45,314 nucleotides of DNA from an uncultured Candidatus Micrarchaeota archaeon (GTDB lineage: Archaea; Micrarchaeota; Micrarchaeia; CAILAH01), in contig CAILAH010000063.1 of NCBI GenBank assembly GCA_903832205.1, positions 1 through 45,314 on the forward strand, written 5' to 3'. The number at the start of each line of letters is the position of its first letter. Within the stretch, counting starts at the first letter, position 1. The translations under genes were made by a program, and so were the position numbers. The notes under the pieces were generated by a model. That model was not told the DNA's origin and made no database searches. It saw nothing but the letters and a program-made list of their open reading frames with translations. Positions 35,801 to 42,702 of the stretch are shown piece after piece.

Positions 35801-38800
35801 GCCGTGCCTTGTGAATGTTACCGTTGTGGTCTTTGCCTCCGCCATAATCCCGATGTAAGAGCCGTGCAGGAAGTTGTTTGACCTTGCAGCAAGCCAGGTG
35901 TTGACCCTTCTTGTGAGCGTCTCCTCAATGGGCGAAACTATCGTCCTTCCTTTCTCGTCAATTGCAAACCCTGCATTGACCATTGTGTCCGCACTGCCCA
36001 TGGTCTCATATTTCGGCATGTACTTGGGGCAGGCCAGATATTCTCCCTTGGATTCCACTATCCAGGGCACCTTTGCAAGCGCCTCACCGGGGAGATAGGC
36101 GCCTACGTGCATGATTGCGTTGCTGCCAAGCAGGTCATAGAATTCTATGTACTTCTTTGCCTGATCCGCGGTTATTGTGATACCCTTCCCCGCTGCCCTC
36201 GCGATTACCTTGGCTGCCAGGTCATTTTTCCTATTCGGAAGCTCTTTGTTCGCTATGACAATAAGGTTCTGCGTCTCCTCATACGAAACCCTGCCATAAT
36301 CAACATTGCCCGCGCTATCGCGGGTGACTGGCACCTCAAATGCCTTTACGAAAATATGCTCCTTCCCGTTAATCTTATCCTCAACGAAAAGGTCATAATA
36401 TGCCTCGCTCTCCTTGGAGACGTCCTTGAAGAAGTCCATCATCGCGGGGAACATTACGCCCTTCCATTTCTTGTCCATCTCAAGAAGCAGGTCCTCCGCC
36501 TCCATGTTTTGTGCCTTGCCTTTCTCGATTATGAATCCCATGCTCTCGTTTATTTTTACCATCCTGTTTTTCTTGTCCTTGTTGAGCACCCTGCCGTGGT
36601 CTTCGGTAACCTTTATGCAGGTGTTCTCCCACTCTGCCGTGTTTGCCAAATCGCCAATGTTCTCCTTGAGCCCGACGCGCCCCATCACTCCCGTCGCCCT
36701 GTTGAGCGCCGCAGTGGCCGACCACTCAATCACCGCTTTCTCAACGAGCGTAGAATCGTTGCTTAGCTTCACAAGGTTTTCCTGTGAGTTGGCCTGGGCC
36801 TCATGGGTCTCCATTGCGGTCCCCATCCTATTGCTGAAATTCGTGTATGTGGCCTCATCCATCTTGAGATGATAAATATCACGCAGCGAGTTTAGTGTGC
36901 GCTGCCTTATCTGCCCAAGCCTGTATTCGCGCTCCAAATCAGGCATCTCGTGGCCCTCAATCTGCCCCATCTCGCGTATGCGCATCTGCAGGTCCGACAT
37001 CTGCCTGGAATAATGCCTGCGCACGTTCTCAAAGTCATTCCCCATATTTGTATCCCTAACTGCCTTCTTCTTGGTCATGTTATGCGCTTCCTTTTCGAAA
37101 CTGCCAATCATGTAATGGAACGCTTCGCTGAACGCGAGGAAGCCCATCTCCTCCCGTGTTATGTCCTCAACTCTCCTCTTGTACCTTTCGGGCCTGTTTG
37201 TGGCGCCAATGAGCGAGAAGAGCTCGTCATCACCCACATACCTGGCGTGCGTTTCGCGGATCTTCTCGGGCGTCTCGAACTTCTCCACATTTGACATCAT
37301 GCGCACGGCCGCGTCAAGCCCTTCGTTTTTTGCCTTTATGAGAACGTCCTCCCTGACGAAATCATCCAGCTCCAAATAGCGCCTCAGCTGCTGCTGCTGC
37401 GTCTCGATTATCGCGTCATACTTCAGCGGGTCCTGGCCGATTGCCCTGCCCGCGCCAATTATGAATGCCGCCTCTTCAGGATCAGAAATGGAAGTCAAAT
37501 TGTCAGTTGCAATGCCGTAAACTTCATTGAGTGCATATCTCTTTGAAGTGTATTTTCCGTCGCTTGGCGTGAGCACCTTGTAGAATCCTTCCCTGGTGTA
37601 CTCATCATACTTCTGGACCTCAACAAACAGCCCCTCCTCTTTCTTCTCCATGGTGTCCCTGTAAAGCTGCCCCCAGCCGTTGTCATAAAATTTATCCTTA
37701 ATCTTCTCGTGCCTCTCCACAACCTCCCTGGTCTCGCCAATGAGCTCGCCGCGCCACTTGTCCATCTCCTCATCGATTTTCTTTAGCGCACTCGTGCCCG
37801 TAATTCCCTCCTTTGATTTCTCAATGAATTCCTTGAGCAGCCGATTGTTTATGTCGTTGATAAGCTCCTTCGACAGGTTGGTCGTGGCGATGACTGCCTC
37901 CTGTGCGGGCTTGATCAGGTCAGGCTTTAATGTTCCGGACTCTTTTGCCAGAGCCCATTTTTCCTTGGCCTCATCCAACTTTATCTCTGCAAAATCAATC
38001 TCTGCCTGAATGTCGGTAAGCTTCTTATTATGCGCCTTTTGCGTCGCTATTGGCACTGCATAGCCGAGCATTCTTGCATCTGCCTGTATCTGCTCGAAAT
38101 CCTTGTATTCCTTGAAATAGTTCTGCTGCAGCTTGTCAACCTCGCCTTTTGAGGACCTGTACTTCATTCCGCTTCTTGCATATTCTGCAGCGCGCAGGGG
38201 TGTCTCCACGGACATCTTAACCCAGCCGCGCAAGTCGTCCGCAACCCTGACCGCATATCCGACTCCTGTAATCGATTCCGCCCTTCTCCTTAGCGGCGAG
38301 ATGGTTCCGGTTTCTGAAAAGAGCCCCTCGCGCCCAGATCTGCCTTTTGCAATCTCATCGATGGTCTTATGATAGCTTTCTGGCAAGACTGCTTTCACCT
38401 TGCCCACGGTGCCGCCAACTCCAACCACTCCCCTGTCTACCAGGGAAGCAAAATCTGAGACCAACCTTTCGGAGACATACTTATTGGCAAGCATGATGCC
38501 GGGACTCTCTCTTCGCGAATTTCCGCTGCCCTGCATTTCCCACATATCCTTTATTTTTTGGCGTGCCCTTATGGCAGCGGCATTTTTATCGCTTGCAATT
38601 ATTCCCTTATTCGCCGCGTTCACAAGCTCCGCGCCGATGTTCGCGTACATGCCATATGTCTGGTTGTAATCAATCACAATCGCCCTGTTGATTGCGATGC
38701 CCTTGACCGAATCGCTAATTTTCTTGAGCGCCTCCCTCTTTTTGTCCTCAACCCGCTCCATTATTTCCCTGTAAATCCTCTCTTCCTCTTTTTTCCTGGC

Positions 38801-39661
38801 AGTATCGTTGGGCGCGCTTCTTACCGAGTCAGAGCTCTTCGCGATGCTGCGTGCAGTCCCCTTGATTGAATTCTCCAGCTCCCTCTCGTGCTCATACTGC
38901 TGCTTCCTCAGCACCTTCATCTTATCCTCGCTTATGCTGATTTTTATCTCCGGCTTCCTGCGCGCACTTGGCAGCCTGGGGGTGGTAATATCCAGCAATT
39001 TTAGCGGGTCCTTTCCGGATGCGTAGAGCCCGGCCATCAGGAACCCGATTACAACGAAGAAGTAAATGCACGTGTTCTGGAATCCCGGATTTTTGCTTAT
39101 CGTCTCGATGACTTTCGTCAGCGGCACATCCAGCGGTATGAGTGAGTTCTGGCATATCTTCTGCCGCCTGCCCTGGGATGCGAGCAGCGTGTTATCGCCG
39201 AGGAATTCCCCGTAAATCTCAATGCACCCGTTATCGAGCGACATCTTGTCAATGTCAAATGTGAAGGTTGTCTGCCCGTTTGAGTCCGTTGTATTGGTTT
39301 GGGAAGAACCCCCCGACTTGAGATTAATCGCCTTTCCCTGCAATGGGAACGCCATCGTTCCCGGCGCAACTATTTTCCCCTCCATGCTGCCCGAGCCGGG
39401 CGAGTTGGTCCCGCTTATCTGAAGGCCGGAAGGCAGGGCGCCGACATAATTCGGGCTCTGCGAGTTGTCGCTCCCGAACGACTGTGTGATTTGGTAAAGC
39501 GTGAGCGTTGCGGTGAATGTGGTGTTGCCGGTCTGTATTATAAACATCTCAATGCTTGTCGCGTTCTTGTCCCCGTATGGGCTCACGAGCTTTGCGGACG
39601 CAGGCGTAACAATCAAAATTAGGGCTAGCATTACCAGTGCGAGCATCCGCCTACATATCAT
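32813..39661 (-). CDS. Giant (about 2280 aa) hypothetical membrane protein
   Basis: Uninterrupted 6.8-kb ORF: signal peptide, about 170-aa Ser/Thr/Gly beta-rich domain, TM helix (CIYFFVVIGFLMAGLYA), about 2000-aa charged helical region, hydrophobic C-terminal segment. TATA-like run at about 39692-39700. Confidence 0.85.
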   Translation of the reverse strand: MICRRMLALVMLALILIVTPASAKLVSPYGDKNATSIEMFIIQTGNTTFTATLTLYQITQSFGSDNSQSPNYVGALPSGLQISGTNSPGSGSMEGKIVAPGTMAFPLQGKAINLKSGGSSQTNTTDSNGQTTFTFDIDKMSLDNGCIEIYGEFLGDNTLLASQGRRQKICQNSLIPLDVPLTKVIETISKNPGFQNTCIYFFVVIGFLMAGLYASGKDPLKLLDITTPRLPSARRKPEIKISISEDKMKVLRKQQYEHERELENSIKGTARSIAKSSDSVRSAPNDTARKKEEERIYREIMERVEDKKREALKKISDSVKGIAINRAIVIDYNQTYGMYANIGAELVNAANKGIIASDKNAAAIRARQKIKDMWEMQGSGNSRRESPGIMLANKYVSERLVSDFASLVDRGVVGVGGTVGKVKAVLPESYHKTIDEIAKGRSGREGLFSETGTISPLRRRAESITGVGYAVRVADDLRGWVKMSVETPLRAAEYARSGMKYRSSKGEVDKLQQNYFKEYKDFEQIQADARMLGYAVPIATQKAHNKKLTDIQAEIDFAEIKLDEAKEKWALAKESGTLKPDLIKPAQEAVIATTNLSKELINDINNRLLKEFIEKSKEGITGTSALKKIDEEMDKWRGELIGETREVVERHEKIKDKFYDNGWGQLYRDTMEKKEEGLFVEVQKYDEYTREGFYKVLTPSDGKYTSKRYALNEVYGIATDNLTSISDPEEAAFIIGAGRAIGQDPLKYDAIIETQQQQLRRYLELDDFVREDVLIKAKNEGLDAAVRMMSNVEKFETPEKIRETHARYVGDDELFSLIGATNRPERYKRRVEDITREEMGFLAFSEAFHYMIGSFEKEAHNMTKKKAVRDTNMGNDFENVRRHYSRQMSDLQMRIREMGQIEGHEMPDLEREYRLGQIRQRTLNSLRDIYHLKMDEATYTNFSNRMGTAMETHEAQANSQENLVKLSNDSTLVEKAVIEWSATAALNRATGVMGRVGLKENIGDLANTAEWENTCIKVTEDHGRVLNKDKKNRMVKINESMGFIIEKGKAQNMEAEDLLLEMDKKWKGVMFPAMMDFFKDVSKESEAYYDLFVEDKINGKEHIFVKAFEVPVTRDSAGNVDYGRVSYEETQNLIVIANKELPNRKNDLAAKVIARAAGKGITITADQAKKYIEFYDLLGSNAIMHVGAYLPGEALAKVPWIVESKGEYLACPKYMPKYETMGSADTMVNAGFAIDEKGRTIVSPIEETLTRRVNTWLAARSNNFLHGSYIGIMAEAKTTTVTFTRHGGYLKKHVLGAFRGNTEFTKDVTRNEQLANKLVEAYKLKYLMSREAEIDKEEFNKILKIMLKPEKIKENLKTELINIKEKMETDLAGRELKLSDINNIRGIPGIKAEITTIDRMLKSPTISPEDYDRQGKKMEILGEYLKVLDAINVVETAGDLRYRNPKKPDELIELDKVIDTCKNLVGEFVMQENLLDLMSKSRLRKEEGQHELDYARKEIGFIENVSKSTFVKQLKGELKGLTLPPDAEKEIDDLLKDIKSKIEASKDPAKETKKDLTLVDTAVDELIGKLDRAKQRVQAALPSMENLIIDKAALEAKYGPQISAIANAADCGRVAATILADPEISAALTASQDVTYRASKMRGIEAKITSAKSKAELERAFNSMFESVFVDAGVYKEAGFTINAAGVEMRYAGKIRSAATPANFRTLADEILADSEVRSALSSLPPGALEIITKRLRSSENAIEFAQAFHHLLNGSYGVGALHRNNEEISHKIKSLRIGMKAKVKDYLQRYDGMHGLEDKLSAGMKVDELLEPINMERAKYKRFWNLTLSEISRDLSLKLMRFGNFQMAKWKGKTSARAKTPFSIVDEIKLYSEAVKTKAKERTEFENLMIAHLRNSAFISEKFLMRAYTLYSTFAAQAHTRMKGYGLNFSGQAGYQFAGPLPSTLMQQLVTYGRHGNAGWFTSMMLAHPIRKVQRTYAQRYSVTRLMTGVPAVYEPMKGTGGFFGDKMNSVKAMMYMKFKDRLAKFGEVIRTTAKDRSPPVFAPYLLSRNPYGEMRISELLEMFTDDFRATARGPRDCLNYLLYKPNDIVIDFQDILFSMKESRSMKKTPEHLMDVGIYGVVANSGFIAGREINFIETALGGPESMYPNRGWGIMHYNPQLSTPAMRYSGYADFYKRTMKPTEVATEIVRMTEFAEETRWQPLVPAIAMYFMPMLTAPALLGLFGLGSAYKYRNHMKYSAIRAKNYISRPPWRGDSWKTYETLSERLRNMYMGMYGTGGTP

Positions 39662-39709
39662 GGTAACCAATAACAATTAGATAGATTTCATTATATATAT
39701 TTTGTTATT

Positions 39710-39842
39710 CGTGCATCCTTGTCTTTGCGAAGATGGCGTGCCATATCGCCTATGCGAATGCGCATAGCTCCGTCTGATGCTCTCCCGCTACAGGCGTGCC
39801 ACGCCTGAAATAAAATTAGGCCTAGCCCGCCCCTGCGGGCAG
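39710..39842. repeat. GC-rich intergenic hairpin cluster partly related to the element B insert
   Basis: CGTGCATCCTTGTCTTTGCGAAGATG resembles CGTGCATCTTCGCCGTGCGAAGATG in element B. Further hairpins: CTATGCG/CGCATAG, CAGGCGTG/CACGCCTG, GCCCGC/GCGGGC. Confidence 0.6.
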
Positions 39843-39853
39843 ATATCCAAAAG

Positions 39854-40588
39854 TTATTTTTTACGTTTTCTCCCTCTCATTCCGGGAAGCTTCAGCTCCG
39901 GGAACGCCTTCTTGATTACATTCTGGCCCGGGGTAAGCGAGTATCCAAGCAATGCGGCGCCCGCCAAAAATGCGCAGACATCCTTTCCGCTCACGTCATA
40001 GACGTCCTTGAGTGTGGCAAGGCCCTTCCTTTTTCCCTTGAGCGCCTTTAGCATGGCGTCCGTATCCGCGGCGCGCGTTGGGAATTTCAGTGAAAGATAT
40101 TTCGATAGCACCGCGGTTTTCACGCCGAGCAAAAATGCAGCCGCCTCGCGCGGTGTTGACTCCGGAGTCAGGCTGGTCTTCTTCACGATGACCCAGTCCT
40201 TTAAATCGCTCATGAACACAAGCTTGCCTTTCATCTTCGCAGCGGCGGTTGCGGCATTTTTCTTTGGCACAACCTCGCCCAGGTATTTCTTCACGAGCTC
40301 GTCAACTATGAGCGCCTCGCACAGGTGCGTGTACTCGCCGCCGTTCGCGCTTTTCACCAGCTTGCCGACCTTGATTTGCGCAACCGCGCCTCCCATATCC
40401 TTTGCGGACAGGCTCGCCACTTCGCCGCGGATCTTTTTTGCATCCACGCCCAGTAGCCCAAAAGGCAGGTCGCCAATTGCGTTGTAGGTTCCCACCAGGC
40501 CCTCCTGCATATCAGCGCTCTCGTAATAAAAGCCGCCGTTTTTTCCAAAGTCAAAGTTCAGCCTCATCATATGCTCCACCGTTATCAT
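39854..40588 (-). CDS. DUF2666-like archaeal protein with an N-terminal extension
   Basis: The C-terminal half (FMSDLKDWVIVKK...AAAFL; FPELKLPGMRGRKRKK) resembles DUF2666 as recalled; needs HMM confirmation. Confidence 0.6.
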   Translation of the reverse strand: MITVEHMMRLNFDFGKNGGFYYESADMQEGLVGTYNAIGDLPFGLLGVDAKKIRGEVASLSAKDMGGAVAQIKVGKLVKSANGGEYTHLCEALIVDELVKKYLGEVVPKKNAATAAAKMKGKLVFMSDLKDWVIVKKTSLTPESTPREAAAFLLGVKTAVLSKYLSLKFPTRAADTDAMLKALKGKRKGLATLKDVYDVSGKDVCAFLAGAALLGYSLTPGQNVIKKAFPELKLPGMRGRKRKK

Positions 40589-40591
40589 AAT

Positions 40592-41152
40592 CTACCTATC
40601 TTTCATCTCGCCAATTATCCTTTTGCATTTATCCACATACTCCTTGATTGGGCCCTCGTTGATAATCATCTTGTCCGCAAGCGCGATGGCCTTGGCCATG
40701 CCGAAGCCCAGCTCCATCTCATCGCTCCACAGGAATTCCTCATAGCTCTTCGGGTCATCTGCCTTGGTCTCCCTCTTCATCACGCGTTCATATCTCATCC
40801 TGGGCGGCGAGTGGATTGCGAGCAAAACCAATTTTTTCTCGCCGAAGGCCTGCCTGAATTCCCTGATCTCGTACATACCCCTTATGCCCACAATTATTAT
40901 TACACCGCTCTTTTCGCTTTCGGCACCAATCCTCTCAATCATTTTCTTCGCGACAATCTCCTTGCCGTACTGTTCCCTGATGCTCTTTGCGAATTCGCGC
41001 ATGTTCCTGTTGTCAATCTGGATGCCTTCCCTGTCCATCATTTCCACGACAATGGAGCGCATCTCGTAAATTGGGAGCCCCGCAGCCCTGGCCACCTCTC
41101 CCAGCACGGTCTTGCCGCATCCCCTCATTCCGGTAACACAGATAATCTTCAT
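40592..41152 (-). CDS. Archaeal dephospho-CoA kinase (UPF0200, P-loop kinase)
   Basis: IICVTGMRGCGKT, REQYG, GIRG..E, IHSPPRMRYER, DEMELGFG...AIALAD..IINEG. Confidence 0.8.
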   Translation of the reverse strand: MKIICVTGMRGCGKTVLGEVARAAGLPIYEMRSIVVEMMDREGIQIDNRNMREFAKSIREQYGKEIVAKKMIERIGAESEKSGVIIIVGIRGMYEIREFRQAFGEKKLVLLAIHSPPRMRYERVMKRETKADDPKSYEEFLWSDEMELGFGMAKAIALADKMIINEGPIKEYVDKCKRIIGEMKDR

Positions 41153-41157
41153 TGGAA

Positions 41158-41670
41158 TCACCAGGGCACCTTTTTCAGCCCGAGCAAGTTTGCGATGATG
41201 TTCATCACCCTGTGCAGCACGTAGGTCACTACCAGCACCAGCACGACGGCCTCAGGAAGCAGCACCTGCGGGAGCATGGCCGCGAGTATGAAGTAGGGCA
41301 GCAGAAGCGCAACTATGATGAACAGCAGCTGGTCCATGAGCAGCGACGGCCTGCCCCTCTCGTAATTCAGCCTTCTCTTGATGAAACTGCCGAGCATGTC
41401 CCCGAGCATTGCGCCGGAGCTCGAAAGGAACGCGAGGAACGCGAATGCGGAATTGCCCGTAACGCCTGCCTCTGCATAGCCTACAATTACTCCCGCAACA
41501 ATGCCCACAATAAGCCCCTTCCAGGTCTTGCCGTCACCCAGCCATCTCCTCCCATCCCAGGCACTCATGCCGAAATCAACGGGCGCACCGCCGCCGAAGA
41601 TTACCGGCACCGCGTTTGCTACGTATGGCGGAAGCAGGAACAGGATGATTGCAATCAGGTCAAATTGCAT
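41158..41670 (-). CDS. carS: CDP-archaeol synthase
   Basis: PPYVANAVPV, PVDFG, DGRRWLGDGKTWKG, GAMLGDMLGSFIKRRL, DQL, HR..N..A..LGLKKVPW. Confidence 0.94.
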   Translation of the reverse strand: MQFDLIAIILFLLPPYVANAVPVIFGGGAPVDFGMSAWDGRRWLGDGKTWKGLIVGIVAGVIVGYAEAGVTGNSAFAFLAFLSSSGAMLGDMLGSFIKRRLNYERGRPSLLMDQLLFIIVALLLPYFILAAMLPQVLLPEAVVLVLVVTYVLHRVMNIIANLLGLKKVPW

Positions 41671-41724
41671 AATACTTTTTTCTAAAGGATGAAGCTTATA
41701 TTTATTGTATGCCCGAACTCACTC

Positions 41725-42666
41725 ATGAAACGGCCAACGGGTATCTCGTTAATCGGCATGATTGCAATTGTGGTTATTGTTGCCGCGGTCGGCATTGTCA
41801 TTCTCGCATCAATCGGCCAGGCGGTGGGCGTGATGCTCTTTTCAAAGCCGTGCATTGCGGAGGTCAGGATCGGCTCCGAGATTGTCGACAGCGCACCTGC
41901 AGCCAGCCTGCTCTCCCCGGAGTCGCCGCCATCCGCGAGCGAGATTAACGCGATGATTGACTCAGCCAACGAGCGCGAGGACATCAAGGCCATTGTGCTT
42001 TACGTGGATTCGCCGGGCGGCGAGGTGATACCCAGCAGGGAAATATACGAGCACGTTAAATATTCAAAGAAGCCGGTGGTCGCATATTTCCGAAGCATGG
42101 CCGCATCCGGAGGCTACTACGCCGCAGTGGGCTCAGATTATATAGTGTCCGAGCCCGAAACGATTACAGGCAGCATCGGCGTGCGCACCACTTCCGTTTC
42201 CATGTCGGGCCTTTTCGATAAGCTCGGCATCAACTACACAAACGTGGTGTCAGGAAAGATGAAGGACATGGGCGATGTGAACCACAATCTCACCGATGAT
42301 GAGCGCGTCGTCCTCCAGTCTTTCATTGATGAGATATTCACGGAGTTCAAGGACACGGTCTATGAGAACAGGCACGGCAGGCCCGGATTCTCAGATGAGG
42401 AGTTCAACAAGATTCTGGACGCGCGCGTACTGACCGGCAGGCAGGCCTACAAGATCGGCCTCGTGGACGAGCTGGGCAATGAGACGCGCGCATTTGAAAA
42501 GGCCGCATCCCTTGCCCACGTAACCGAATATGACAAGTGCGAAATCACGCCGGACCGCGGCATACTGCGCTCATTCATACAGGAGCTCGCCAGGCCATTG
42601 CAGGTTAACGTCAACGTCAACACCGGGCTTGAACCGAATTCAAAGATGGGCGTAAGTTACACGTAA
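41725..42666 (+). CDS. sppA: Signal peptide peptidase SppA (S49)
   Basis: N-terminal TM, VDSPGG, KPVVA, MAASGGYY (catalytic Ser), TGSIGV, SGKMKD (catalytic Lys), TGRQA..IGLVDELG. Confidence 0.94.
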   Translation: MKRPTGISLIGMIAIVVIVAAVGIVILASIGQAVGVMLFSKPCIAEVRIGSEIVDSAPAASLLSPESPPSASEINAMIDSANEREDIKAIVLYVDSPGGEVIPSREIYEHVKYSKKPVVAYFRSMAASGGYYAAVGSDYIVSEPETITGSIGVRTTSVSMSGLFDKLGINYTNVVSGKMKDMGDVNHNLTDDERVVLQSFIDEIFTEFKDTVYENRHGRPGFSDEEFNKILDARVLTGRQAYKIGLVDELGNETRAFEKAASLAHVTEYDKCEITPDRGILRSFIQELARPLQVNVNVNTGLEPNSKMGVSYT

Positions 42667-42702
42667 GAGAAAAAGAGAATGGGATAAATCCCAAATTTAT
42701 TT

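Noticed and set aside
32813-39661. Giant ORF as a phage tape-measure protein or intein-containing enzyme
   Set aside because: There are no viral genes nearby, no intein or enzyme motifs were seen, and it has a signal peptide.
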